Made by a program: the position numbers and the translations under genes
Assembly (NCBI GenBank): GCA_963810725.1
Contig: CAWEOO010000008.1
Coordinates: 57,081 to 121,080 of the forward strand
Direction: 5' to 3'
DNA from: an uncultured Chloroflexia bacterium
Lineage (GTDB): Bacteria; Chloroflexota; Limnocylindria; Limnocylindrales; CSP1-4
Length of the DNA: 64,000 nt
Shown here: positions 17,967 through 27,991 of the stretch, in pieces
Layout: every line of letters starts with the position of its first letter
Numbering within the stretch: the first letter of the stretch is position 1
Notes under the pieces: model-generated
Database searches by the model: none
Told to the model about the DNA's origin: nothing
What the model saw: only the letters and a program-made list of their open reading frames with translations

Positions 17967-18941
17967 ATGGGAACCTCGGCTCGGCTGCTTCGCCTGCTCT
18001 CGCTGCTGCAGACACCGCGCGACTGGACCGGCGCGGAGCTCGCGGAACGGCTGGAAGTCAGCCCCAGGACCATCCGCAACGACATCGAACGCCTGCGCGG
18101 TCTCGGGTATCCGGTCCACGCCACGCGCGGCGCGATCGGCGGTTACCGGCTCGCCGCCGGGGCGACGCTGCCGCCGCTGCTCCTGGACGACGAGGAGGCC
18201 GTCGCCGTCGCGGTCGGCCTGCGGACGGCCGCCGGCGGGACGGTGACAGGCATCGAGGAGACATCGCTGCGCGCCCTCGCCAAGCTCGAGCAGGTCCTGC
18301 CCGCCCGCCTACGGAGCCGCGTGAACACGCTCCAGACGTACACGGTCCTCGTGAACCCTCGACCCGGGCCGACGGTCGACCCGGCGCTCCTCACGGTGCT
18401 GGCCGGAACCTGTCGGGATCACCACGCGCTTCGGTTCGACTACGAGGACCGACGCGGCGCCGGCAGCCAGCGACGCGTCGAACCGCACCGGCTGGTGCAC
18501 CTGGGCCGGCGCTGGTATCTCGTCGCGTGGGACACCGAGCGAACGGATTGGCGGACGTTTCGGGTCGACCGGATCCGACCGCACGTCTCAGCCGGACCCC
18601 GGTTCACCCCCCGGGCGCTATCCGATGACGACGTGATCGCGCTCGTATCGCGGGGCGTCCCGGCGACCGCACGGCGCTATCCCGCGCGAATCACGGTCCA
18701 CGCCAGCGCCGCGACGATCGCCGAGCGGATCGGTCCATGGGTGGGCACCGTGGAGGCGGTCGACGACGACACGTGCATCCTCGACACGGGCGCCGACAGC
18801 CTGGAAATGCTCGCCGTCTACCTCGGGATGCTCGGTGTGGACTTCACGGTCACCGGACCACCCGACCTTGTTGCCCACCTGCGCGTCCTGGCGGGGCGCT
18901 ATGGCCGCAGCTTCGAAGACGTCGGTGGGCCGGTGGGGTAG
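17967..18941 (+). CDS. YafY-family transcriptional regulator (HTH + WYL + WCX domains)
   Basis: 324 aa. The N-terminus is ARLLRLLSLLQTPRDWTGAELAERLEVSPRTIRNDIERLRGLGYPV. The WYL core is RRVEPHRLVHLGRRWYLVAWDTERTDWRTFRVDRI. Confidence 0.85.
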   Translation: MGTSARLLRLLSLLQTPRDWTGAELAERLEVSPRTIRNDIERLRGLGYPVHATRGAIGGYRLAAGATLPPLLLDDEEAVAVAVGLRTAAGGTVTGIEETSLRALAKLEQVLPARLRSRVNTLQTYTVLVNPRPGPTVDPALLTVLAGTCRDHHALRFDYEDRRGAGSQRRVEPHRLVHLGRRWYLVAWDTERTDWRTFRVDRIRPHVSAGPRFTPRALSDDDVIALVSRGVPATARRYPARITVHASAATIAERIGPWVGTVEAVDDDTCILDTGADSLEMLAVYLGMLGVDFTVTGPPDLVAHLRVLAGRYGRSFEDVGGPVG

Positions 18942-18947
18942 CCGCCG

Positions 18948-19190
18948 TCAGGTCTCGGTTGCCGAGCGGTCCGGCGGCGTTGAGCGGGTTCCGGGCGGAC
19001 GAAGGCCCGTGGCGAGCTGCCAGACGTGCTCGGCAAGCCGTTCCTCGATCTCAAGGGCCGTCTTGTATTCGGGGCTGCCAGGCACGAACCGATGCCGCTG
19101 TCTCGACGCATCGGACAGCGCCCCGAGCTGCTGATGGATGATGTCGGCCTCGAACGCCGACGAGTCGCCCGGGACCTGATTCTGGATCAT
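18948..19190 (-). CDS. Hypothetical small protein (80 aa)
   Basis: ATG 19190 has AGGA 9 nt upstream. MIQNQVPGDSSAFEADIIHQQLGALSDASRQRHRFVPGSPEYKTALEIEERLAEHVWQLATG... shows reasonable GC3. No family recognised. Confidence 0.4.
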   Translation of the reverse strand: MIQNQVPGDSSAFEADIIHQQLGALSDASRQRHRFVPGSPEYKTALEIEERLAEHVWQLATGLRPPGTRSTPPDRSATET

Positions 19191-19317
19191 GCGGGAATCC
19201 TGGAAGCTCGGACTCGCCCAGCCGAGGATGAAAACCCGCAATTCGGGTCACATCTCCGTTGCAACACCGTGCGCTGGCATCGCCGCCCCGCCTTGACGGC
19301 GGTGTGAGGCTGGGATC

Positions 19318-20139
19318 ATGACCGATCGTCGGACGGGGCCTCTCGCGATGCTGGCCATCGTCGCGCTCATGGCCGGGTGTGCGGCGCCGCGGTCGACGTC
19401 GAATCCAGGCTCACCGCCCGTGCCCGCGACCGCGCCCGCCCTGTCCTCGCCGGCGACGGCCAGCCCGTCTCCCACCGCGAGGCCATTGCCCCGAGGCAGC
19501 GACCCCCTCGAGCTCGACCCGGCCGACTTCGTCTCCACGATCGATCACCCGTTCTGGCCGATGGCGATCGGCAACGCGTGGGTCTATCGCGAGACCGACG
19601 CCGAAGGCACGGAACAGCGGGTCGAGGTCACCGTCACCGATGACACCAAGGAGATCGCGGGGATCACGGCCACGGTCGTCCATGACGTCGTGAGCGAGGA
19701 CGGGGAGCTCGTCGAGGACACGCTCGACTGGTACGCCCAGGACGCGGCGGGCAACATCTGGTATCTCGGTGAAGACACGAAGGAGTACGAAGGCGGCGAG
19801 GTCGTGAGCACCGAGGGCTCATGGACGACCGGCGTGGATGGCGCGCTTGCGGGGATCCTCTTGCCCGCGGATCCCGAGGTCGGGATGACCTACCGGCAGG
19901 AGTACTACGCGGGCGAGGCTGAAGACGCCGCGGAGATCCTCAGCCTCGATGAACACGTCGAGGTGCCGTTGGGCACCTACGACGGCGTCATGCTGACGAA
20001 GGACTACACGCCGCTCGATCCCGATGTCGTCGAGCACAAGTTCTACGCCCGTGGCGTTGGTCCCGTGCAGGTCATCGCGGTCTCCGGGGGATCGAGCCGC
20101 GAGGAGCTCATCATCTTCGTTTCGGACGGGCCGCCGTAG
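19318..20139 (+). CDS. Lipoprotein of unknown function
   Basis: 273 aa. It has a signal peptide with a lipobox (LAIVALMAGC), then a Pro/Ser/Ala linker. The acidic globular part reads WYAQDAAGNIWYLGEDTKEYEGGEVVSTEGSW. Confidence 0.65.
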   Translation: MTDRRTGPLAMLAIVALMAGCAAPRSTSNPGSPPVPATAPALSSPATASPSPTARPLPRGSDPLELDPADFVSTIDHPFWPMAIGNAWVYRETDAEGTEQRVEVTVTDDTKEIAGITATVVHDVVSEDGELVEDTLDWYAQDAAGNIWYLGEDTKEYEGGEVVSTEGSWTTGVDGALAGILLPADPEVGMTYRQEYYAGEAEDAAEILSLDEHVEVPLGTYDGVMLTKDYTPLDPDVVEHKFYARGVGPVQVIAVSGGSSREELIIFVSDGPP

Positions 20140-20158
20140 CGACCCGCGAGGCGGCGCG

Positions 20159-21067
20159 TTACCCCGGCCCTCCGAGCGACTGCGCGAGCGACGCCGCGAA
20201 TCGTTCCAGGAGGCCCTCGTCGGCCAGCGCGTGGGCCGGGTTCAGCTCTGCGACCGTCAGCGCGACGAGGCCGTCGCCGGCCAGGAGCCCACGCAGCGCG
20301 TCCATGGCGGCGCGGAACGACGGGCCGATGTTGCGGCCCGTATTCTCGGACAGCGGCGCATCGGTGAAGTCGATGACGTCGACGTCCAGGTGGACGACAT
20401 AGCGGTCGAACCGGGGGCGCATGAGCGCGAGGGCGCGTCGCGCGGCGGCACCTGAGTCCTGGCGGACCGCTTCCACCGGGACCCTGGCCACGCCGAGCCG
20501 CTCGATCTGTTCGCGCTCCCAGGGCGTGGCCTGCTCCGAACCATGCCCGAACAGCACCACTTGGTCGGGTCCCAGCATCGGGATCCTGGGTCCCACGCCG
20601 GCAAGGTCGGATTCGGTGCCGTCGAGCGCGAGCATATGGGCGACCCCCGTCCAGTCCAGCGCGCCATCGATGACGCTGAGCGGCGTGTTCATGTCGGCGT
20701 GCAGGTCGAAATAGATCAACCCGACCGAGTCATGCACGTCGAGCACGCCGGCCACCGTCCCGACGCCGACCGTGCAATCGCCTCCGAGCACGAGGCTGGT
20801 CCGTCCCGCACGCGTGGCCTCGGCCACCCGTGTGCGAGTTGCGCGAGCCCCCTCCACGACGGCATCAAGGTTCTGGGCTCGTGGTCGCTCGCGGTCGGGG
20901 CGCCAGCGCCAGACCGGCAAATCGCCGCGGTCCTCGACGTCGGCGCCGGCGTCCCGGAGTCGATCGAGGAGCCCGGCAGCCCGGAGCGCCGCCGGGGCCT
21001 TCTCCTGGCCGTTGGCGAAGGCGCCGGCACTCGAGGGGACGCCGATCACGGAGATCTTCCTGGGCAT
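20159..21067 (-). CDS. Arginase-family hydrolase (agmatinase/formimidoylglutamase-like)
   Basis: Start is ATG 21067 (MPRKISVIGVPSSAGAF...). The metal-ligand motifs of the ureohydrolase fold are present: FDLHADMN, HLDVDVIDF and ELNP. Confidence 0.8.
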   Translation of the reverse strand: MPRKISVIGVPSSAGAFANGQEKAPAALRAAGLLDRLRDAGADVEDRGDLPVWRWRPDRERPRAQNLDAVVEGARATRTRVAEATRAGRTSLVLGGDCTVGVGTVAGVLDVHDSVGLIYFDLHADMNTPLSVIDGALDWTGVAHMLALDGTESDLAGVGPRIPMLGPDQVVLFGHGSEQATPWEREQIERLGVARVPVEAVRQDSGAAARRALALMRPRFDRYVVHLDVDVIDFTDAPLSENTGRNIGPSFRAAMDALRGLLAGDGLVALTVAELNPAHALADEGLLERFAASLAQSLGGPG

Positions 21068-21089
21068 CGTTCGCACTGCCGCTGGCAGG

Positions 21090-21743
21090 CTAGGTCTTGG
21101 TGTTGGCCGCGCCATACCCGCGCAGCACGTTGTCCACGACGCGGTTGGCAAACGCGAGCGTGAGCTCGCCGCCGAACGTGAGCCGGAAGTAGACCGGCCC
21201 GACGAGCAGCTCCGTGGCGAGCTCCGGGTCCGCGTCCGGCCGGAGGTCGCCGCGGGCGATGCCCCGCGCGATGACCCGGGCGATCTCGTCGCGCCGTGCC
21301 TGGACGACGGTCGCCCGGAACGGATCCCCGAGGGTCGGGTTCAGCGCGATCTGCGAGAGGAGCGCCCGGATGACCGGCCCGAACGGCGTGTCCGTCACCG
21401 CGCGCATCGGGTTGACGACCGCCGCGAGGAGCTCGGTCCTCGTGTCGTCGCTCTCGACGATCGAGATGTGTGGCGCGGCGAGCTCGGCCAGCAGCTCCTG
21501 GGCGAGTGCCTCCTTGGAGCCCCAGCGTCGGTAGATCGTGGCTTTCCCGACGCCGGCGCGGGCCGCGACGTGCTCGAGTCGAAGGTCGCTGAAGCCGTCG
21601 GTGCTCAGGAGCTCGCGGGCCGCGTCCAGGATCTTGCGGTGGACCTGGTCGCTGCGCGGCCGGCCCCCGCGCGCTCGCGCCGGGACCGCCAACGTCGGGA
21701 CCGCGACGTTCGCGTCGGTGCCGTTGGCTGTCGGTAGGGCCAT
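21090..21743 (-). CDS. TetR/AcrR family transcriptional regulator
   Basis: Start is ATG 21743 (MALPTANG...). The HTH is ILDAARELLSTDGFSDLRLEHVAARAGVGKATIYRRWGSKEAL. Confidence 0.85.
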   Translation of the reverse strand: MALPTANGTDANVAVPTLAVPARARGGRPRSDQVHRKILDAARELLSTDGFSDLRLEHVAARAGVGKATIYRRWGSKEALAQELLAELAAPHISIVESDDTRTELLAAVVNPMRAVTDTPFGPVIRALLSQIALNPTLGDPFRATVVQARRDEIARVIARGIARGDLRPDADPELATELLVGPVYFRLTFGGELTLAFANRVVDNVLRGYGAANTKT

Positions 21744-21751
21744 GGAGCCGG

Positions 21752-21887
21752 ATGATACGAGACGGTCCGTATCATTGCAACCCTTCGGCAGCGTGTCAGC
21801 GGTACCGTTGGTATCGGTTGCGTTTCGATACGGAACGTCCTCCATCTCGCGCGGTCTCCTCTGGTAAGATACGGAACGTACCGTATC
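21752..21887. promoter_or_regulatory. Array of GATACG-type palindromic operators between tetR and a small Cys-protein gene
   Basis: ATGATACG-agacggtc-CGTATCAT is at 21752-21775. GATACGGAACGT is at 21827-21838. GATACGG-aacgta-CCGTATC is at 21868-21887. A degenerate copy lies at about 21803-21817. The TAAGAT -10 candidate (21865-21870) is overlapped by the last site. Confidence 0.5.
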
Positions 21888-21910
21888 AATCTTGGACCGG
21901 AGTCCCTCTG

Positions 21911-22156
21911 ATGATCAACAACCGCCAGGTCGTCGACCTGATCGAGCGCGCCAACGATGCCCAACCCGCCTGCCCGTGTGGCCGCCACACGACCCCCGTG
22001 TGGCGAGATGGCGTCGTGTGGCTCGAATGCGCTTCCCTGAGCCAGCCGCGCGATGGCTTCCTGCAGCGCGTCGTCGCTGCCGTGACCGCGCCAGCGCACA
22101 CCCATGCCCGCATCGTGGACGCGCCGCCGTTCAACGCCGACGGAGCCGCGATCTAG
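21911..22156 (+). CDS. Small Cys-containing hypothetical protein (81 aa)
   Basis: The internal ATG 21911 has GGAG 8 nt upstream. The product is MINNRQVVDLIERANDAQPACPCGRHTTPVWRDGVVWLECASLSQPRDGFLQRVV.... The upstream part of the track ORF spans the operator region. Confidence 0.45.
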   Translation: MINNRQVVDLIERANDAQPACPCGRHTTPVWRDGVVWLECASLSQPRDGFLQRVVAAVTAPAHTHARIVDAPPFNADGAAI

Positions 22157-22176
22157 GCGTGTAGCATGCAGCCTCG

Positions 22177-22728
22177 ATGAGGCGGGACGCTCCACTCCAG
22201 GGCATGCGCACGGTCGTCCTCGTGGGCGATGGTGTCGAGGACCTCGAGTACTGGGTCACCGTGATGCGGCTCCGCGAGGCCGGCGCCGAGGTCACGTCCG
22301 TGGGGATGTCCCTCGACCCGGTCCGTGGCAAGAACGGCCTCGAGGCCCGGGCAGATCGACTTGCCGCGGATGTCCCGGCCGGTGACGTCGATGGCCTGGT
22401 GATCCCCGGCGGCTGGGCGCCCGACAAGCTGCGCCGCTATCCGGCGGTGACGGACCTCGTGCGCGCGGTGCACGGCGCGGGCAAGCCGGTCGGCATCATC
22501 TGTCACGGGGGCCTCGTGGCGATCTCGGCCGGCATCATCGAACGCGACCATCCGGCGACGGGTTCGCTCGGGATCCGCGACGACCTCGTGAACGCCGGCG
22601 CGCGGTGGGTCGATGCCCCCGCCTTCCGCGATGGCGACATCGTCTGGGGCCGGGTCGTCGAGGACATCCCGGACTTCGAGCGCGAGCTCGTCGACCTCTT
22701 CGCGGAGCATCACGGCCGTCGGTCCTAG
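22177..22728 (+). CDS. DJ-1/PfpI family protein
   Basis: 183 aa. VVLVGDGVEDLEYWVTVMRLREAGAEV...DGLVIPGGWAPD...GKPVGIICHGGLVAISAG includes the nucleophile-elbow Cys. An alternative start is ATG 22204. Confidence 0.8.
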   Translation: MRRDAPLQGMRTVVLVGDGVEDLEYWVTVMRLREAGAEVTSVGMSLDPVRGKNGLEARADRLAADVPAGDVDGLVIPGGWAPDKLRRYPAVTDLVRAVHGAGKPVGIICHGGLVAISAGIIERDHPATGSLGIRDDLVNAGARWVDAPAFRDGDIVWGRVVEDIPDFERELVDLFAEHHGRRS

Positions 22729-22755
22729 CCAGCCCCCGGGCCCTAGACTGGTCGC

Positions 22756-23789
22756 TTGAGCGCATCGGAACACCCCGTGGATCGCGAGGGCGAGCATCGA
22801 GCGCGCCTGGCGCGTCTGCGAACCTTGCTCGACGAACGTGGTGACGCCGCCGCCCTGTTGATGAATCGCCGGAATCTCGCATGGCTGACGGCCGGCGGCA
22901 GCGGCCACGTCCTGCAGTCGACGGAGACATCGATCGCCGGCGTTCTCGTCACGCGCGACGACGCCGTCGTCATCACCCAGAACATCGAGGCCACACGGCT
23001 CGCCAATGAGGAGCTCGCCGGCCTCGGGCTGGAGGTGGTCTCCGTCCCGTGGTGGGAGCCCGGGGCGATCGATGCGGAGGCCGTTCGCCGGACACCAGCA
23101 GCCACCGCCCGGCCGGCGATGCCGACCTCGAGCCCGAGCTGTCCGTCATCCGGAGCGTGCTTTCCGCCCCGGAACGGGATCGCATGGCGGAGCTCGGTGG
23201 CGTCGCCCACCAGGCGATGGAAGCGACCGTCGCCGCGGTCCAGCCCGGCATGACCGAAAACGACGTGGTCGCGGACCTGCTGGCCCGTCTGCCGGGCGTT
23301 CGAGCGCCCGTGGTCCTCGCCGCGGCCGACGCACGGATCGCGCGCTACCGCCACCCGTTGCCGGGCGAGACGCCGATCCGCTCGAGGCTGATGGTCGTCC
23401 TTGTCGCCGAACGATGGGGCCTGCACGTGGCGCTCACCCGGTTCCGTGAGCTCGAGGCGCCCGGCCCGGATCTCGCCCGACGCATCGAGGCCGTCGGGGC
23501 CGTCCAGTCCGCCATGCACGCCGCGACCCGACCGGGCGCGACCTTCGGGGACGTGCTCGCCGTCGCGCGGTCCGCCTACGCGGACGCCGGGTTCCCCGAC
23601 GAGTGGCGAGACCACCACCAGGGTGGCTCGATCGGCTACCAGGCGCGCGAACGGGTTGCCCTGCCCGACGATCCGACCGTGATCGAGGCGGGGATGGCCC
23701 TGGCCTGGAACCCGTCGATCGCCGGGACCAAGGCCGAGGACACGATCGTCATCGGTGATGGCGTGGCACGGACGGTGACCGCCGGGTGA
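22756..23789 (+). pseudogene. M24-family metallopeptidase (creatinase/Xaa-Pro peptidase-like), apparent -1 frameshift
   Basis: The N-domain is in frame 1 (22756 to about 23100: RLARLRTLLDERGDAAALLMNRRNLAWLTAGG...VSVPWWEPGAIDAEA). The catalytic domain is in frame 0 (from about 23115: GDADLEPELSVIRSVLSAPERDRMAELG...HHQGGSIGY...AWNPSIAGTKAEDTIVI). The junction is at about 23085-23120. This could be a sequencing error. Confidence 0.65.
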
Positions 23790-25384
23790 TCCGGGACGAG
23801 CCGGGCGGAGGGAATGCCCGGTCGCACGGGGTGGCCGTCGCTGCGTCCCGGACCGCCACCCTGCTGCCCGCCGTCGCCGGGCTGATCGGCCTTGCCGTCT
23901 ACGTCCGGACGCTGCTGCCCGGCCAGGCGTTCGGTGATTGGGGCGAGATGCAGACGGTCCCGCACGTCCTGGGCGTCGCCCACCCCACCGGCTACCCGAC
24001 GTACATCCTCTTGTCGTGGCTGGCGCACCTCGTGCCCATCGGCTCGATCGCGTTCCGGGCCAACCTCCTGTCGGCGGTCCTCGTGGCGGGCGCCCTCGGC
24101 GTCACCGTGGCGATCCTCCTCCGGCTGGGCACCCGCCCGGCCATCGCGGTCGGCATGGCGCTGGCCCTGGGCGCCGTCGGCACGGTCTGGGCCGCGGCGA
24201 CCGTCGCGGAGGTCAACCCGCTGCACCTGTTGTTCGTTGCCGCCGTCCTGCACCGTGCGCTCGTCTGGGAGGATGGCCGGCGGCCCCGGGACCTGGTCCT
24301 GGGCGCCGTGCTCCTCGGGCTGGCCGTGGGCAATCACCTCCTGATCCTCTTCGTCGCCCCCTTCGTCGCGCTTTTCGTCCTGTGGGTCGGACGCGTGGAG
24401 GTCGCCGCGCGACCGCGGGTGCTCGGAGCGGCCGTCGCGGCCGGCGTCGCCGCACTCGGCGTCTACCTGTACATCCCGGTCGCGGCAGCCGGGGACCCGC
24501 CGCTGCCGTACAACCACCCCGTGACGCTCGACGCCGTCCTGTGGCTCGTCAGCGGAGCCCAATTCCGTGGACAGTTCGCGTTCCTTTCGGTCAGCGGGCT
24601 GGCCGAGTTCGTGAGCTCCCTGGGCGCGCTCTGGCAGGTCCTCGTGAGCCGGGGGACGCCGGCCTTGCCGATCCTCGGTTTCGTCGGTGTGGTCCTGCTC
24701 GTGCGGCGGCGACGCGCCTTTGGCCTGATGTGCGCTGGCATCTTCCTGGCAGGCCTGTACATCTGGGCGACGTACCTGCGCCTGGAGCACTACCTGCTCG
24801 TGCCCTGGCTCGTGCTGGCGCTCGGGGCGGCAGTCGCGCTCGAGGGCGCCGCGCGGGCGATCCATGAACGGGCGCCGCCGGGCTTCCGTTCGCTCGGCCC
24901 GGGGGGGCTGGTCGGCGCGGCGTCCCTCGCGCTGGCCGTGGCGCTCGCCCTCACCAACTGGGGAGCCGCGGATCGAAGCGGCGATCGAACCGCCGACGCG
25001 TTCGCGGACGCGGTCCTCGGCGCCCTTCCCCCGGGCGCGGCGATCCTCTCGGAATGGGATGCCTCGACCCCGCTATGGCACGCCCGCTTCGTGCTCGATC
25101 GCCGTCCCGACGTCCTCATCGTCGACGACACGAACATCGTCTATGACGGTTGGGGCACCCGCGAAGCCCGGATCGCCGCGCTGATCTGTGAACGTCCCGT
25201 GTTCATCCTGCGGATCCGCGAAGCCGACCTCGAAGCGACGCGGGCGGCCTTCCGGGTCGAGCCGTTCATCGCGGTCATGGTCGCCGAAGGCGGGCCGTCG
25301 GCCGCCGTGAGCCGGCAGGTCTTCCGGGTGGAGCCGCTGGACGCCGGCGATTGCGGAGGCATGGCACGCACGGGCCCGGACTGA
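23786..25384 (+). CDS. DUF2723-type polytopic membrane protein (GT-C-like glycosyl/mannosyltransferase family)
   Basis: 532 aa. It has the N-terminal motif GDWGEMQTVPHVLGVAHPTGYPTYILLSW, about 10 TMS and a soluble C-terminal domain. The start overlaps the M24 stop (ATGA-type coupling). Confidence 0.75.
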   Translation: MIRDEPGGGNARSHGVAVAASRTATLLPAVAGLIGLAVYVRTLLPGQAFGDWGEMQTVPHVLGVAHPTGYPTYILLSWLAHLVPIGSIAFRANLLSAVLVAGALGVTVAILLRLGTRPAIAVGMALALGAVGTVWAAATVAEVNPLHLLFVAAVLHRALVWEDGRRPRDLVLGAVLLGLAVGNHLLILFVAPFVALFVLWVGRVEVAARPRVLGAAVAAGVAALGVYLYIPVAAAGDPPLPYNHPVTLDAVLWLVSGAQFRGQFAFLSVSGLAEFVSSLGALWQVLVSRGTPALPILGFVGVVLLVRRRRAFGLMCAGIFLAGLYIWATYLRLEHYLLVPWLVLALGAAVALEGAARAIHERAPPGFRSLGPGGLVGAASLALAVALALTNWGAADRSGDRTADAFADAVLGALPPGAAILSEWDASTPLWHARFVLDRRPDVLIVDDTNIVYDGWGTREARIAALICERPVFILRIREADLEATRAAFRVEPFIAVMVAEGGPSAAVSRQVFRVEPLDAGDCGGMARTGPD

Positions 25385-25411
25385 GCCCCGACTGAGCCCC
25401 GGCCGAGTCCC

Positions 25412-27847
25412 TCAGGCGATGTCGCGCGACCGGCGCCGCAGCGGGATGGGCCTCGGTCGAGATGGGCCATCGTCCGGGACATCCACGTGCCCACGATGGA
25501 GCAGGCGCTCCACGTCATCGGCAGCGAGCGGCTCGGCGTACAGGTTGCCCTGGCCGCGGCTGCATCCGAGCCGGCGCAGCACGACCGCCTGATCGGGGCC
25601 CTCGATCCCCTCGGCGACGACGTCGAGCCCGAGCCCCTTGCCGAGCTGGACGACGGCCCTCGCGATCACGGGCCGGAATCCCTTCTCGCCCATCCGTGCG
25701 ACGAAGGATCGGTCGATCTTGAGGATGTCGACCGGGAACTGCTCGAGGTAACTGAGGGACGAATAGCCGGTCCCGAAGTCATCGAGCGCCAGGCGGATGC
25801 CCAGCCGGCGCAGCTCGGTGAGGCGGGCCACGGTCGCGGCCCCGGTCTGCATCAGCACCAATTCGGTGATCTCGAGGATGAGGGCACTCGGTTCGAGGCC
25901 GGATGCGGCGAGCGCCCCGGTGATCCGCTTGTCGAGGCCGCGATCCCCGAACTGGCGCGCGGACAGGTTGACCGAGATGAACAGGCCCGGCAGCTCGTGT
26001 CGTATCTGCCAGGCCCGGGCGTCCTGACAGGCTCGCTCGAGGATCCAGGCGCCGATCGGGAGGATGAGTCCGGACTCCTCGGCGAGCGGGATGAAGTCGT
26101 CGGGCATGAGCACGGTGCCATCGGGACGCTGCCAGCGAGCGAGCGCCTCGACGCCGAGGACGGCGCCACTGGCGAGGTCGACGATGGGCTGGTAATGGAC
26201 CCGCATCTCGTCCCGCTCGATCGCCCGACCGAGCTGCTCGCGGAGGGCGGTCTCGCGCGTGGCCGCATCATGCAGGTCCGTCCGGAAAACCTCGAACCGG
26301 CCCTTCCCCGCCTGCTTGGCCCGGTACATCGCGAAATCGGCATTGCGCATCAGCTCCTCGGCCGACGCTTCGCCACGCGCACCGAGCGCGATGCCAATGC
26401 TGACCCCGATCACGACACTGGTCTCGCCGATCCGGAACGGGGCGGCCAGCTCGTCGATCAACCGTCTGGCGACCTGGTTCGCCTCGTCCCCGACGCGAAG
26501 ATCCTCGAGCAGGATCGCGAACTCGTCGCCACCGACGCGGGCCGCCGTGTCGCTCGGGCGCAGGCCGGTCATGAGTCGCTCCCCGACCGCGACGAGCAAT
26601 CGGTCGCCGCCGACGTGTCCGATGTTGTCGTTGATGGCCTTGAAATCGTCCAGATCGAGGAACAGCACGGCGTTCAGCCCGGCGCTCGGTCCGGGCCGCC
26701 GGGCCACCGCGTGCTCGAGCCGGTCCATCAGGAGATTCCGGTTGGCCAGCCCGGTCAGGGCATCGTGGAACGCCTGGCGGCGCAGTTCGTCGATGAGCCC
26801 GTAGTTCTCGAGTGCCATCGCAGCCTCAGCCGCGAACGGCCACGCTCTCGCGACGTGCTCCGCGTCAAAGAACGCCGGCTGCGACGAGGTCGCCTCGATG
26901 GCTCCCAGGACCCGGCCCCTGGCGATCAGCGGGATCATCATCATCGAGCGCTGGCCGATCGAATGGAGGTAGGCGACCTCGCGTTGATCCGCGTCGGGCG
27001 AGTCGTCGGAGAGGGTGACCGTCGCACCCTCGAGCACGGCACGGGTGAGCGGGTAGTCGGCCAGGTCGTAGGTGGGATCAACCGGCGCCCGACGGTCGGG
27101 CGGATAGTAGCCATACAGGAAGATCCGGTCGGCACCCTCCCGATACACGATCCCGCATTCGTCGGCACCGACGGCGCGGGCCAGGTACCCGGCGGCCAGG
27201 TCGCCGACCTCCGTGAGCTCGGCGGTGCCGGCGAGGTCGCGCGACATAGCGACGAGCTGGCTGAGCTCAGCGGCGATCGCCTGCAGTCGATTGCGGAATT
27301 GCCACACGAGGATCGCGACGAGGGCGAGGATCGCGACCGCGCCCGCGAGACGAAGCGGCAGCGCGACCCAGACGGGCACAGTCGTGGACACCGGCACGAG
27401 GTCATTGACGATCGTGATCAGGAGAACGCTGATCAGGGCGAGCGCGGTGACCCGACGCATCTCGGGACGGCCCAGATAGGACATCGCGACGGCGATCGGG
27501 AGGACCGCCCCAAGGACCGACGGGCCCGGCTGGAGGAACCCTGTGACGATGACCGGGATGAACATCGGGAGGAGGATCCCGTCGACCACGCGCTCGATGG
27601 GTCGACGACCCAGGGTTCGCCGGACCCAGACCAGGACGACGCCGATGTACGCGGCCGTCGTGACCCCGGCGATCACTGGCAGCACGTCCCCGAACAACAG
27701 CCCCAGGACGATCTCCAGGGCGGCGAACGCGAATCCGGCCGGGATCGCCACCCTCAGGAATCCCCGGAACTCCTCGGTGCGGCCATCGCGGCCCGGCGGC
27801 GGCGCATCGAGACCCGACGCCGACGCCGAGCTGATCGACACCATCAC
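25412..27847 (-). CDS. Membrane sensor protein: TM domain, GAF, GGDEF, EAL
   Basis: 811 aa with 6-7 N-terminal TMS and a GAF. The GGDEF motif is ARVGGDEFAILL. EAL-domain motifs are LILEITELV, LALDDFGTGYSSLSYL and KIDRSFV. Confidence 0.9.
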   Translation of the reverse strand: MMVSISSASASGLDAPPPGRDGRTEEFRGFLRVAIPAGFAFAALEIVLGLLFGDVLPVIAGVTTAAYIGVVLVWVRRTLGRRPIERVVDGILLPMFIPVIVTGFLQPGPSVLGAVLPIAVAMSYLGRPEMRRVTALALISVLLITIVNDLVPVSTTVPVWVALPLRLAGAVAILALVAILVWQFRNRLQAIAAELSQLVAMSRDLAGTAELTEVGDLAAGYLARAVGADECGIVYREGADRIFLYGYYPPDRRAPVDPTYDLADYPLTRAVLEGATVTLSDDSPDADQREVAYLHSIGQRSMMMIPLIARGRVLGAIEATSSQPAFFDAEHVARAWPFAAEAAMALENYGLIDELRRQAFHDALTGLANRNLLMDRLEHAVARRPGPSAGLNAVLFLDLDDFKAINDNIGHVGGDRLLVAVGERLMTGLRPSDTAARVGGDEFAILLEDLRVGDEANQVARRLIDELAAPFRIGETSVVIGVSIGIALGARGEASAEELMRNADFAMYRAKQAGKGRFEVFRTDLHDAATRETALREQLGRAIERDEMRVHYQPIVDLASGAVLGVEALARWQRPDGTVLMPDDFIPLAEESGLILPIGAWILERACQDARAWQIRHELPGLFISVNLSARQFGDRGLDKRITGALAASGLEPSALILEITELVLMQTGAATVARLTELRRLGIRLALDDFGTGYSSLSYLEQFPVDILKIDRSFVARMGEKGFRPVIARAVVQLGKGLGLDVVAEGIEGPDQAVVLRRLGCSRGQGNLYAEPLAADDVERLLHRGHVDVPDDGPSRPRPIPLRRRSRDIA

Positions 27848-27991
27848 GCCACGCTACCACGTGGCCGGCCGCACGCAGCACCGGGTTTTCATCGATGCGG
27901 CGCCCGCGTCAGCCGTGTACGGTCGCGACGGTGCACGCCTACGTCGTGCACAGAGTCGGGCACGCCTAGCGCCGGCCGGGGGCATCGACAT

